Assembly: GCA_036172245.1 (NCBI GenBank)
Contig: JAYWIR010000006.1
Span: 1,674,001 to 1,738,000 of the forward strand
Length of the DNA: 64,000 nt
Source: Raillietiella orientalis
Lineage: Eukaryota
Reading direction: 5' to 3'
Both the position numbers and the translations under genes were made by a program. Under the pieces are notes generated by a model. That model was not told the DNA's origin. It searched no databases and saw only the letters and a list, made by a program, of their open reading frames with translations. Within the stretch, counting starts at the first letter, position 1; each line of letters starts with the position of its first letter. Below are positions 1 to 12,974 of this stretch, piece by piece.

Positions 1-199
1 GCATTGTGTCTTTTTTTGATTGGCGAGGTTAAGCAGCGTCGGGACCGGTTAGTATCTGCAGCTCCCAGGCGGTCGTCCATCCGGATGCTAACCGGGATCG
101 ACGCTCCTTTAAAAAGAAAAAAAAAATCTAAGGGGTTACTCTGAAACACGAAGAGTTGGTAGCCGCGTCAGGAAGAGACCGATCCGGAAACAGCAAAGA

Positions 200-500
200 A
201 GAAACTGCGTGCTGCAACCAGATCTTTCAAAAATCAGCCGGCGGTTCTGGAAGATGCCGGGCAGTAGGAGGGCAGAGCAGGCACGGGACCCTGGAAGTGC
301 CCCCCTTCCTTCCCCCTGCGTGCGTTCTCGTGGCCTACGACAAGAGCCGGAGCTGCAGAGGCGAGCTGACGACCGCCTGAAGAGGAGGAAAATGGCCCCC
401 GGCAGGATCCCAGCATTCCTCCCTGGTTTCCTGGGAGATGCATCCGATGAGCCAACTTTGGAAATCCTCCGGCCGTTGTCACACACGCTGTGAGACTCCG
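200..500 (+). mobile_element. Degenerate L1/Tx1-type ORF1 fragment
   Basis: Frameshifted motifs LEVPPFLPP and RLKRRKMAPGRIPAFL resemble ORF1 VPPF..L and R.V.M...IP. Confidence 0.35.
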
Positions 501-2220
501 AGCGAGTTTTCTCGAAAAGATGGCTAACGAGGAAAAGGTTTTCCTCCTCCTCTCCATCGGTCGTTGCTATGCATTCCGCATCAGCTTGTCAAGAAATGGT
601 TCTTGACAAGCTGATGCATGCTGGAAACCCCAGGCGAGTCACCGCCTCGCTCGTGATGGGAAATCGCGCAGGATGAGTGGAGGAGGCGGGCGACGAAGAT
701 GGAGGGGGGGATCCCATTTTCCCTTTCATCTGCTCGATCCCCTTTTAGCACTAACGTGATTAACCGACTTGGGACAAGCACTGCACGGAATCACTTCAGA
801 GTCACGTGTGATCTGTCTGTCCCGCTTGAGGGTCTCTGTCCTCCTTCCCTCCCTCGCGGAGGGAGTTCGAATGGCTCCGCGCTGCTCGCTCGCTCCCACG
901 CCGCGCGCGCGGCTGCTGCGCTCGTCCCCGCGCGCGTTCGACGAAAGCGAAGCGGAAAATCCGGGAAGCGAGAGCTTGCGCGATCCCGTGATGTTCCCCC
1001 AGGGAAGAAGCTAGCTGGCAGCGGGCAGCGGCACAGGACGACCCGGCCCGTCTTCCCCGGACTCTTCGCGACAAGGCGGACAGCCGCGATTCGCAGGATT
1101 TGCGCAAATTTCAAGGAGAAAAAAAGACGGGAGGGGGGAGGGAAGGGGAGGGGGCTCTCGGCATGAGTTCCAAGCGATCGGGGCAAGTGCACTCCCCCCT
1201 CTCTCCCCGGTTCCCTACCCTCGGTGTTGCGCGCGCGTGCCGCTCTCCTTCTGACTCCGGAAATCGCCCGAGTCGGAAGCGACACTCCTGAAGCCGCATA
1301 GTCAGAGATCCGTTGCGGCAGCATCCAGGCGTCCCGACGTCCCTCGAATTAATTCGCTAGAGCCCTGGCAAGCAGCACGACCACTTGATCTTCCGGCGTC
1401 TTCGCAACCACGCGGTCTTTCACAGCGCCCGGAGCGCGGCAGTCAAGTCCTGCGACGACACTCCGGGAGAAGCTGCCGAGGCGAGGAGGTCGTTTCGCCA
1501 GGTGCTCGGGCAGCTGCTCTCCGTGCGGTGGACGGCCATCCTCTGCGGCAGCAGATTCAGTGCAAGTCGTGAGCAACGAAGAAATCTCTTTCCCACCCTA
1601 CTTCACCGTACCCTCTATCGCTCTCTCTTTGTGAGGAAGACCATGGCCAGGACGAAGAGAAGGCGACGCGAACGCTGGCAGGGAGTCCGAAGCAGGGAGG
1701 AGGGGACCGAGATGCCTGGACTTCACCTCCCTGGAGGAAGGGGGGAAAGGGAGTAGCGCGGCCAGGAGACGAGAACTCTGGAATGACTGCCCGTTTGCTT
1801 TCTCGACGAGGAAGGGAGATCCAACCCCACCCCCCTTCCGCCTCTCGTCCGTGCGCGCCGAAGACGTCCGAAGGACCAAGCGTTGAGGACATCAGAGACA
1901 GATGGGCTCGCTGCTGGTAGTGCGGAACAAACAGGGGGAAGGGAGGAGGACTGGAGGGCTCCGCGGAAAAACTTCCGAGGGTGGAATTCGCGGCTGAGGA
2001 TTTCACGTCTCGGGAACGCCGAGCTTCTAGGGGTGAGGCAGAGGAGAAACGAGCGGCGGGCGGATGGCAAGCTGATCCCGAAGGGACCAAACATACAGGA
2101 GCATGCGTTGGAGGCTATGTGGTTGCGATCTCCGTGCGCCGCGGGTTCTAATCCCCGTGTTGGGAGGATCGACGCCGCTAAAGGGAGGGAGGGGGGTGTC
2201 GTGGGTTTCGAGTCCTTCCT

Positions 2221-2830
2221 CCCCCGCAGGATGACGCTGGTCGGCCTGTTCGGGTGCGGCACTAGTGGAAGCCGCATGACCCCTAACTGGCCTCCGGGAT
2301 CGGAAGTCGACCTTCCGAGGTTCTTCCAGGAATCAAGGAACCTTTCAGGGTTCCCCTTCGGTTGTGAAAATGGGACCACCCTCCATCGCGTACGACAAAG
2401 CTGGTTGATATCCCCCTCTCGGAGGGGTTCTCTGGGATCTTCTGAGAGCCGACGGCCGTCACTGATGGACCTTCCCGGTTGGAGGATCGACTCGCTCCCT
2501 GCGGGCACCCAGTTGCCGGCCGTGGTGACTGCCGCCTCTGCGCGTGGCGCCAAGAGTCACAAGTTGGAATCCCCACGCGACGGACCTGGACGCCCAGAAA
2601 TCAGGAGGTGAGCCGCAGCCCCGCAGGATGACGCTGGTTGGCCCACGGGCTTCGGGTGCGGTACCCGTGGAAGCCGGAAACTCCCAGACTCCCCCTTTGA
2701 CTGTCTGGGACTGGAAGTCGATCCTCCGGGATCCTTCCAGAAGTCAAGGTGCCCTACGGGGTTCCCCTCTGGTTGTGGAAATGATGCCGTCATCGCATTC
2801 CATAGGGCTGGTTGATACCCCCATCAAAGG
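2221..2830 (-). repeat. Diverged direct duplication (about 210-bp units at 2221 and 2619), ORF1-like on the minus strand
   Basis: Both units begin CCCCGCAGGATGACGCTGGT and share GGAAGTCGA..TTCCAG, GGGTTCCCC..GGTTGTG.AAATG and GCTGGTTGATA.CCCC. Minus-strand GQPASSCG resembles the ORF1 knuckle start. Confidence 0.7.
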
Positions 2831-3689
2831 GGGTTGCCTCTCCAGAGTGTCACGAAGCTCCGGGGAGCGCCCTTGGGAGACATCCGACAGCGTCCCTTTG
2901 GGTTTCCTCTTCGGGGGACCTAGCAAGGTGCGCTTCCCTTAAGGATTCCCTCCGCAGAAGAAATTCCACGAACCAGGCTGGTCCGTCTGTAGAGAACAAG
3001 AAAGAGGCTCCCTTCCAAGTGTAAGAGGGTTTGGGCTCCTTCTTCCGGAGTCCTTCCTGGGTTCACAGAGTGGTCGTTCCGGGGTTTGTCCCCTGAAATG
3101 AATGCACGCACCCTCGGGTTGCGTGGAAGGTGCCGAAGAGCTTCGTCTCAGCCTCCCCCGAAGAGGAGAGTGGGTGGTTCTTCAGCACTCCTTGAGAACC
3201 AGAAGAAAGGGAAAGAAAATCCGAAAAAGATCTGCAAGGAAAGCAGCGATGGCGGCATCATCCCAGGTCTGATCTCTCCGTGAGGTCGCTACTGGCCTTT
3301 TTGTTTTTGTTTTTTTGAAAAAAAGAAGTGACTCGGCTGACGAACAGAGTCAAGATTTTGTTGGATCGTGAGGGCCCGCAGTCCGCGCGAAGCCACACGC
3401 GTATGTCACAGAAGCGGTGCAAAGCTCCGGGTCTGCAGAACTCGCGACCGCTACACAGAGCTGGGCATGCAAGAAGAAAGACCGATAACCAACTTCAGAA
3501 TTACTTTGCCTTTATTAATAGCATATGTTATTCATTCTGTCTAGAACACTGCAGCCTATGGTGGATAAACGAATAGATGCAGAATCTATTTTACTGCATA
3601 CTTCGTATTTTTACATAATCGTAGACTTATCAGAAGCAGGGAACAATTGCCGCTTCTAGCTGTTTAGTGGCGACCCACTACCACCAGTT

Positions 3690-3900
3690 GTACCCCTCCG
3701 CGTTTGCGTGACAATGGTGTCCAGGGCTGCTGGCTTCGACAGAGTGCCTGTGACTGGCAAGATAATCAAAACGACATTCAGGGACTTACGAAAGCGCCAG
3801 AAGGAGCAACCTTTGAAGCAAGACTCGCACCACGAAAGAGACGCTCTGTCACGGCAGTGCGTCACGAGTCATCTTCCTCCGCACCAACAGAATCCAGTCT
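3690..3900 (+). mobile_element. Possible pogo/Tigger (CENP-B HTH) transposase remnant
   Basis: RVPVTGKIIK and, in another frame, TFEARL..RKRRSV..VRHESSS resemble VPVSG.II and F.AS.GWL.RFK.RH...GES. Confidence 0.3.
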
Positions 3901-4099
3901 CATTCCCGACGTGGCGCAAAATCCACGTGGTTCCACTATGAATGAATTTCCTTCCCGACAGAGACCTCGCCGCCGCAAGCGAGCGGAAGGCAGGCAGTCC
4001 TTGGCGAGCCGCTTGGTCTTAGGGCCAAGCGGCGGGGCGACGGACGGGCGTGCGTCCAACAGACACCCGAAGAGGGCGAAGAGCTCGAGAGCAGCGCGT

Positions 4100-4800
4100 C
4101 GCCGAGCCATCAGCCGCGCACCCTAAAGTTCGGGCGACACCGCTGCAGCTGAGCGACGGCTTCAGGGGAGAGAACGAAAGGATTGCACGCATGAAGCTTT
4201 CGGCCAAGAGCACCGAAGTCTGGGGAGGGAGGAGGGAGGGAAGAGGGGAATCTGTCAAGGCCGATACATCGGTGGCCAGCGAGCTTCCGCTCCCATGCGA
4301 TCAGCACGCACGACGAAGCGAAACCCGAGGTCGCGTTCGGAAAAAAATCCCGTTTCCCGCGTGGACTCTCCAGCGAGCCGTCCTCTCTTGCGTGGTGGCT
4401 CGAAATCAACCCACCTTCAGGTTCTGGAAAATCCGGAGCGAGGCATCCCCTCCCGACCAGGAGTCACTCTTGATGGAAGACTCGCTTAGAAGGACAGCAA
4501 TCAGGACGAAGACGCAAACGTCGACGGGTGCACGGTGATTGAGAGGGGCCGGCAACAAGCAGCAGCTGCGCAACTGAATCTCCACCTGACGGATCCGAAC
4601 GGTACCCCGTGGTTCGAGGGACCCGGAAACCGAGACAGTCCGGCCGCCTTAATTTCGAGTGCATGCCGATCCAAACCAAGCACCTCCGGGGCCACATAAA
4701 AGTGGAGGGTGGTCACGGTCAGCTCCGTGGGACACTGCAAGTGCCCTCAGACGGTCTTCATGCATCGGATCATAAAAGCTGCAACAGTTCTTCCGATTTA
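4100..4800. mobile_element. Two convergent ORF1 fragments (+ 4100-4480, - 4500-4800)
   Basis: Plus: RVRKKIPFP..AVLSCV.ARNQPTFRFW. Minus: LTVTTLHFYVAPEVL...GVPFGSVRW. Confidence 0.4.
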
Positions 4801-5199
4801 GAAAACGCAGCGGTGCAGAAATGCAAATCACGTCGTCCGTTTTAATTGGCATCGTTCCAGGACGCGCGGTTCCTCCTTCGAGGTCACAGGCATTGACACG
4901 GGCAAACGGCGAAAAACATCCACGTAGGCGCCAGCCGCCACACGGCATGCAGACACACGGCCGCGGCGTGCTCCCGAAAAGGAGATGGGAGCCGCCCCCG
5001 CCACAGCCTTCGCCCAGGGCGCGCGGCCGCCAAGACGCATCTCCGGCAAGACCAGCGTTCGGCCCAAGGGCGTTGAAGCCGGCGGACGCGCGCCCGCTGG
5101 GCTCTCTCGCACGCTCACTCTCTCCTGTGCCCCCCCGCGGAAGCTGCGCGCGCGAGGACGAGCGCTGCCACCTCACCGCTGACCGGCGCCGCCGGGAGG

Positions 5200-5530
5200 G
5201 CGGAGCGCGAACGACGGGGCCGCTGCGGCGGAGGCACGAACGACGCGACGTCCTCCTCCTCCTCGCCGGGGGAATCCTTCCGGCCCTCCTAGCCACGATC
5301 CGGGCCGGCCCCGGCAGCGTGCGCCTCAAGCTCAGGATGCCGAGCACGTGGCACTCCGTCTATTTATAGACCGCGGAGGCGATCCATTGCAGTGGATCGC
5401 ACGATCCAACAACAGTGAGCACGACGAACCTGTCAGTAAATCATCCGCGATAAATCAAGGGACTGCCGGGAACGTACGCTCGGGACTGTTGGGTGCGATT
5501 GCCGACTCGATGACGGTTCTTTTGCAAAGC
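5200..5530 (-). mobile_element. Degenerate L1/Tx1 ORF1 fragment
   Basis: AVP*FIADDLLT (cf. NVPPFI.D.LL) followed by LGILSLRRTLPGPARIVARR...RTSRRSCLRRSGP. Confidence 0.5.
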
Positions 5531-6999
5531 ACCAGCAACCCTCGCGAACGGGGGAAGAGGGGGCCGCGCGCACTTGCCGTCCGTTTGGGAACACCTCCGT
5601 TGCTGCCGACAGACGCGCGCGTGCGCCGCGATCTCCAGAATTTTCCTCGAACGCTGCCGGGTTCTGGAGCGGCCGCGGGGAGGGTGGCCACCCCGGGACG
5701 GAACCCCCCGGGAACGCGGGGAGAGCGCGAGGCAGCCTGCTCGAGTCGGGGGAGGTTTCGTCGAGGAGGAGGAATGCGCGCGCTTTCGCCCCTCCCCCCC
5801 TTTCCTCCCTGGATACGGAAGAGGGAAAAAGGGAACGCAAATCCCGCGCGATCTCCCGAGCGGCACTCTCTCAGGCGGGACGAGCACGGCGACGACCACC
5901 CCGCCCGACAAGCTGACCTTGAAACGCAAGAACGGCAGCAGCCTGCGAATGCCGCCTCCTGTTGCCCCCGTAAGGAGGCGAAAGGTCCGACCGTTGCTCG
6001 AGGCAGGCGGCGGCTCAGGTATTCCAGGACTTGCCCTCGATAAAGCGCGCGGGAAGCCGTTTCGGGGAGCAGCTTTGCTCGTCCGGCGCCCTCTTTCCTC
6101 CCGCGTTCCCTGATGGCCATCTGCGCCCGGTGCGCGAACACGCGGGCAGCACCGACTCCCCCCGCTGGTGGTGCGCGCCTTCCCCTCCCCCTCCCTTCGG
6201 CCTCCCTTCCGTCTTAGGGACCACGCAGGGTCTCGTCGACGACAGCCTCAACTCTTTGCGCAATTCTGTCCTTCCTCGCAGTCCCTCCCAAAGTTATACC
6301 TCGGAGGGCGGTCATCCATGGCCCTCTGTAGGTAGGCTCCTAGCCCCAGGCATGCCAAGACGACTACGCATTGCCGCTCCACGGCTCTCGCTCACCCCCG
6401 GGGAGATTTAGGGCTCCTGGCCGGAAGGGAACCTTCCGGGACAGCGGCTTCGGCTCCGGCTCCAGTCCTTCTGGGAGCGTTCGCCCGCCTTCCCCCCCCC
6501 CCCCTCCTCTAACGCCGTTTCCCGCCCGAGCGGCGGAAGGCGGAGCACCTAGACGTCCGAAGCTCCACGTTCCGCCTCCTCCAGAAAGGATGGACCTCCG
6601 CGCTCGCCAAGGGAAGAGAGGAAGGCAAAGGAGGGGCGCACACGAAACCCTCCAGAGATCGCAGACGCGACAGGGGGAGGGGAAAGGGGGGGGGGAAGGA
6701 GAAGAAGAAAAGGGAAGCGCAGAAGGAAATTTTCCTCCCGCTTCCCTTTCCGTGCATCCTCGCCCGTCACGAGCGGGGCGATTTGCTTTCCCGCTCAAAC
6801 GCTCCAGCGCTCGATTTCGGGGCTGCGGCCCCTAATGATGCTCTCCGAACGATCCCGGGCTAAGCATTCTTGCAGTCATCATTTCAGTTTCCAGCAATTT
6901 TCTCCTTAAGCTCCCATTTTCCTTCCCCCTTCACGTATTTTTTCCCTCTCGCACCGGTTCCCTTTCACGACGCAACTCCTCCCGGCTCGATCCCGCAAC

Positions 7000-7830
7000 G
7001 ATCCGAAATGCAGCGCGGCAGAGCTTCCCCCTCCTCCCCCGCTTTCACAGAACGCCAGCGTCCCTCAGCTCCACAGAGTCGAGGACCACTTCCGGTGGTT
7101 TCCGAGCAACCCTTCCGACCGGGCGGCAGACTCGCGAAGGGGTTGCCGCGAGGGAAAAGGGGGGTGGGGAAGCCGGTCTGCACCGCCTGGGGTTCCCTGA
7201 ACCGCGTCCCCACACGGCCCGAAGAAGCCCTCCGGGAGGGGAGGGAGCGCTGTCTGCTTCCCGGCTGAACGACCAGGTAGGTCCGCGTACACTTCCCGGT
7301 GGGAAAAACTCCTTCCTCCCGGCCTGCCATCCCTCCGTCTTCCCCGTGACTGGCAGGCGCGCTAGGGTCTCCCCTTCCCCCAGGCTGCCCGTCGCGCCCT
7401 CTTGGTGTGGACTCGGGACCGCACGCCCCTTCGAGGTCACTCCGCTTCAGAGGCGCCCTCTCTCCACGAGGCCTGCAAGCTCGTGGGGGCGCGGACTTCG
7501 AGCCGCCGGGTCCTCTCGTACCCAGCCAAATCCAAGACCAGTGGGACTGACACCGACCCGCGTTCCTCCGGACGAGAAGGACGGGCGCCGAGAACGACGG
7601 GTCTTCAGCCAGACGAAGCACCAGGATCCTGACCAGAGCTCCAGGCCGACCCCGGCGCGATCCGCCGGTCGGTGGCTCACTGCCGATCCCCAACCCAGCA
7701 GAGTTCACTGCACCGACGGCGTCCTCTGAGAACTTCCGGCGGCCGAGTAGGCGCTGCGGTGACCAGCACCCTGCCTGCCTCGCGGGTAGCAACAGTGGGG
7801 GTCCAGGCGAGCCTCTGGCACGAGGGTGGC
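7000..7830 (-). mobile_element. Degenerate non-LTR reverse transcriptase fragment
   Basis: Ordered, frameshifted relics of Q.GF..GR (QAGCWSPQR), AFDRV (ADRAG) and GVRQG.PLSP (WVREDPAARSP). Confidence 0.35.
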
Positions 7831-10399
7831 AGAGGACAGGGAAGGACTCACGCGTTCTCCCCCCTCCCCCCTTCCCTTCCCGTCGTCTCCCCCTTCATCA
7901 TCGGGAGAGGCGCAGGCCCGCTCCCCTGGAGGGCCGTCCCATCCCCGTGCGTTGCCGAGGGCCCCTTGTGAGCAGCTGCAAAACTGCAATATCTTCCGGG
8001 AGAGTAAGGGACAGATCAGGGGATCCCCATCCCAGGAAAGGACTCCCTCCCCCTCCGCTGCTGTTGCTGCTGCTGCCGCAACAACGAAGTCGTCCGCCTC
8101 TCCCGACGAAAGAGCCCGCGCCCCGCCCAACAATCGACGGCATCAGCAGCCCGGGCACCGCGGGAACCGATTGTTCTCGAAACTAGGATGAAAAGAGAAA
8201 GTTTAAAAATAGAACGAGAGGCAGCACGAAAACCACGGCGAAGGCGAGGCAGCGAGCGACGGCTTTCTCTCGTGAAGAGTTGATTTATGAATGCGAGGAA
8301 GCGCGACCGCCACCTCCACCGCCTGCACAGCGCGGGGGCATCCGGAACACCGCGGCCGCGGATGGGGGGCGCCGCCACGGGGGGAGGGAAGGAGGTGGGG
8401 CTCTCCGCGAAGGCGACGCGCGGCTCTTCGGGAGATCCCCGCTTCTTGCCCTTTCCATCGTCGGGAGGAGCGGGAGAGATGCCGGAGGAGGAGGAGGGAA
8501 AAGCGAAGAAGAGAGGAGGAGGAACAAGGGAGGAGGACGAGGAGGAGGAACAAGGGAGGAGGACGAGGAGGAGGAGGGAGATGTGGACCTCGAGTCCAGC
8601 CAAGTCCTTCGACTCTTGGAGCTTGTTGTTGCCATGCTTTGTTTGCATTGCTTCCGCGGAGAGCAAGCAAAGCAGACGGCACGCTTCCTCGCGCTGGGAG
8701 CAGCGGCAGCCGCGCGCACGTTCCCGGCTCCAGGAAATGCCCGTGCGATGTCGCGACCGCGGAGTGCGAGCGCGCCTTTCCCGTTCGGAGACCTCGGATG
8801 GGTTGTTCCGCTCACCGCCTGCACGGGAGGTACCGCTGCGATGTCTCTCTTCTTCTCCACCCCCCCTCGACCTCCCGGTCCAGAGTTTCACCGCGGGCGT
8901 CGTCGGGACTGGAAAAGGCGCACGCGCGTCCGCGCCGGAACGACCGGGACCGCCCCTCGCTCGCGGCAGCCGGCGACCTTGGGCTCGGCCACTTCCAGCA
9001 AAGCGCCCGAGAGGAGGGGAGGGAGGGGGAGGGAGAAACACACGAAGGCTCTCTGTCCCCTCCGAGGTCCTAGGGAGGAACGGCGGCGGCGGTTTCTTTC
9101 GACTGCGGAAGGACGCCGGCTGCGACCCCGAACGCCACCGGACGCCTGGGGTTGCGGGAGGCTACCCCGCATGCTGGCAGATCGACTGCCCACGTGACCC
9201 AGAGGACGACTCACGGACGGGTGCAAAAGGAAACGCGTTCAGCCGGGAGGGAAGGTCATTTCGCGACTTTCCCGGGAGGGGAAAGGTCATCTGAGGACCC
9301 GCGCTCGCGATTCCGAGGAACCCCATCCCCCTCCCTGCCCGCGGCGCGCCTCAACGCCGGTGAGAGGGAAAAAAGGGCGCGGACTTCCCCGGCTCTAGTG
9401 AGGCGGTTGACCGACCTCTTTCCGCTCCCGGATTCGGTCCCGTGGATCAGCGGGGTATTCACCTCGGATCGTTCGCTAACGGTTCGCTCCCGCCGCCGGC
9501 GCCCGGAAAACGGTGAGCTCACGGGGAGCGATACGCTTCCGGGAAGCCCCGTTCCTGATGCCGCGGCGGACGAAGAGCCCTCGGGAGACCGCGGGGAGGT
9601 GTCGTTGCCCCCGGGGGGAAGGGCAACGAAGCCTCCCCGCTGTCCTCCCTGCAGGAAGAGCAGGTCCTTTGGACGGCCGTGCGCCGCCGGGGAGTTAAGG
9701 TTCCTCCCCACACCAGGGACGGTCGAGGGCGGCGTCCCTTGGCGCGCGTTGCCGGGAGGCAGGGGAACACTCCCGGCGGGAGCTCGCGGAGGCAACGACC
9801 CTGCCGGGGGCAGTCGAGGGCGCCTGGCAAAGGGGGCCAGAGCCCCCAGGTCGTCGCCCCACGCGGAGGGGGCGGGCGGGAGTCTTTCGAGGGAGCGAGA
9901 GAGAGAGAGAGAGGGGGTGGAGCTCAGATCCTCGTCACCCGGGCAACCGCTCGATCCGAGGCACGGGAAACCCACGGTGCGCGCATCCCCCGAGCAGGGA
10001 AGAGGCCATGCCGCCGCCGGACACCCGGAGGTCGATGGCGCACCCGGGGGCGCAGCGGGAAGGTACGCCGACGGAAACCTCCCCGAGATCGCGTCTCATT
10101 GGAACATGACCGGAAAGCAAGGTTGACGGCGAGCGCCGGCTCTCCGACCGATCCGCCACCACCATCAACAGACACGCCCTGTTCCCACCCACCTTCCCTC
10201 CGCCCAACCTGCGCGCGGATGGGAGACAGGAGGGAACGGTCAGCGTCACTGGGGAAAACAACGGCCCCCTCTTCCGCCCGTCTCGCGATCCCCTGCGCTT
10301 CAGGCAGCGTCATCAGCGACGTTCCCCGGCGCATGACCCTCCGGCTATCAAACGCGAGCCGTCGGCAGGATTCGGAAGCGCTCGGTTTGCCCCTCTCCT

Positions 10400-11900
10400 C
10401 GAGGGCGACCAGGTAGCCCCACGACCCCACCTCACCTCGCTGCAGCTCCTGGGGATCTTCAGCGCCCTGCTGATCCCTGAGGAGCGGCAGCCCCGCCCCC
10501 CGCTCTTGAGGCAGCGCCCCACGGACTGCCTCCACGTCCGCAAAAGCCGCCGGGAACCCCGCGCAAGAGGCCTTGCGGAGGAGCCCGGAGAGGAAGCTGC
10601 CCGCGCGCTTCCGGGCGAGCCGGGGAGGGAGCCACCAGCCTGGCGAAAGAGGGGTGTTACCCTTCCCTCTACCGGAATCCGGAGCACAGGGCAAGATCAA
10701 AAGCGAAGCGCAGAGCGTACCGAGCGGGTAGCAGCGCCCACGCGAGTCCTCCCACCCCCTTTGTCCTGCAGGGGAGAACCCACGGGAGCGAGACCCGGGG
10801 ACGGTGGGTGTCCCTACGGACGACCGCCGCCGAAGACTCCGGCGCGGGTCGCGCAATGAGCTCCTCCCATTCATCTATTACCGAAGGCGAAAAGAGTCAA
10901 CAATGGGCGCGCACGGTGACTTCCCCATCTTCCCCGTGGGCCGCAGCGAGCGGTTCTCCCCTTCTCCTCGCTGCGGGAGTAGAGAGGACAAGGGCCGAAG
11001 GGCAACACCTCAGTCGTCAGGGAAACCGCATTCGGAGCCACCCCTCCCCTCCGGCTGCTGCGACCGGTGCGAGGATGGCGGCGACCCGACCCCAGCAAGC
11101 GGATGCCCTCGGGCGCGGCGTCTGGTCACCGAGGAGGAGCACAGGGCGGCCGATGCTTCTCCAGCGCGGTGGCGGGTGTGTGGAAGGCCGGCAAATGTTC
11201 GGCGGAAATGCCGGGACACCATGGGGGGGGGGGAAGGACCTCCTCCGGATCCACAACGGCTGGATTGGAGGGAGGGGGGACGCAGCGGCGTCCCCTTCCC
11301 CGTTCGTTCCCATCGGTAGAATTCAGTCAAAGGGAGTGGCCGGAACAACAGGGAGCAGATAGAATGTCTGTTGGAGGAACGGAAGTGGTTCGGTTGCTAA
11401 GCGACTGCGTCCTTCCAGCGAGAAGCCGCTGCGGAGAAGCACCCACCCACCCCGACTGGAGAGGCGTTGCACCAGCCAGGGAGCGAGTGATACCACACTT
11501 TTCGAAACCCTGAGGAGCTCCTGGCTGCTCGCGGCAATCCCGAGACCATGCCGTAGGAAAGCCCCCTCTCCCCAGGGCTCACGGTGGCTCCTCCCTTAAA
11601 AGGGGAGTGGCTCTCCCGCATGCTGGCGGATCAGCCTCCCAGATGACCCCGAGGTCGGCGCATAGACAGGTGCAATAGGAAAAGCATTCGGCCGGGAGAG
11701 GAGTCGCGAAACGAATTGTCCTCTTCCCCCCCTCCCTGAGAAGGGAGAGGTCATCGGGGGGTCTGTACTCAAAAGGGGAAAGGGACAGGACCCCTGGACG
11801 AAACCAGGAAAGAGGAAGGAGAAAAAGGAGCCCTGAGTCCTCTTCCCCCTTCCTCCCCAAGTGCCCAACCGGGAGCTGTCCTCGTAGGATCATCCCCCAG
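10400..11900 (-). mobile_element. Degenerate L1/Tx1 ORF2 remnant: APE endonuclease (11900-11320) and C-terminal region (10870-10400)
   Basis: GRGQFVSRL...IAPVYAPT (APE VYAP motif) and ILSAPCCSGHSL (SDH-like). EWEELIARP...LPWVLP and AGFPAAFAD resemble the 3' family at 29 and 49-51 kb. Confidence 0.55.
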
Positions 11901-12008
11901 AGCCACTCTCCCCGATCACCCCCCTCAGTGTGCGAAAACGAGGACGGGGGAGAGGGGAAGGCACGGTGACATTACCGTGCGGGGGTACGGGACCTCACAC
12001 ACACGTGG

Positions 12009-12029
12009 AAAAAAAAAAAAAAATTTATT
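12009..12029 (-). terminator. Putative SoxC polyadenylation signal
   Basis: AATAAA on the minus strand (12029-12024) followed by a U-rich tract, about 950 nt after the stop codon. Confidence 0.5.
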
Positions 12030-12974
12030 ATTCAAAAATACGAAGGGGGGGGGGGGAGGACGCGGGAAGGGGGGAAGCGGGAGCTCGTAGCCGTGGTGGA
12101 GGGAGCGGAGGCACCGGCGGAAAGCGGGAGTGGGCGGACGTCTCTTCTAGAGGTTCCTTCTCTCCTCCATCGGGGAACCTCACCTTCCTTCCCCTGCGGC
12201 AGTCGGCCGCCCACGGACCCCCTCCGCCCCTTTTCCTTTTTTGCACGCATTCCTCTCTTCCTCTCCTTCCTCTTCCTCTTTCGCTCTTCTTCGCCCTCCC
12301 CTCCGGCGAGGTGTGCCCTCCGGAGGGAAACCGACGACGACGACGACCTGCGCGACGCGGAAAAGAAGGGCATACCCCTCCCCCCCTCGAACTAAAAGGG
12401 GAGCCGGAGGAAGGGAGGGAAAGGGGAGACCCTGCAGGGTCGGAGGAGGTCGAGGAAGGGAGTAAGGGGGAGGTGGCGAACCACAGCCGGAGACCCTCCT
12501 CGGGCAGGGGACGGAGGAGGGCTGGGAGGGGGTGTTGGAGGGAGGGAGGGAGGGGAGAGTGGGGGGGGAGAGGCAGTGACTGCCGCCGGGCCCCCTCGGT
12601 CTTTGTGGGGGAGGAGGAGGTGCATACAAAAATAACTGCTCTTTTCGCCTTTCCTTTCTCCTCCTCCTCCTCCTCCCCTTTCTGCTTTCCTCTTTTGTCC
12701 AACGGGGGGCGACGACGGGACGGCAGCAGCGGCGGCGGCAGCCACCCCCGTTTCCGCGACGAGCGGCGGGGGTGGGGTGCGGGGGTAGGGGGAACAGGGC
12801 AGGGGAGGCACAAGAACTAGGGGCGGCGGCGGCGTGGAGAGGGATGAGGGGAGATAGGGGCTGCCGCCCCTGCTCTGAACGCTGCCGCTGCTGCTGCCGC
12901 CGGCTCTCCGGGGCAGGGAGGGGTGGGTGGGACCGAAGGTGGCCTGCTGGCCAGGGCATGCGCACAGAGGTCCT

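Noticed and set aside
8016..10416. Several overlapping ORFs of 240-340 aa
   Set aside because: Open in many frames on both strands, low-complexity G/R/P/E content, no domain; explained by high GC and GAG repeats.
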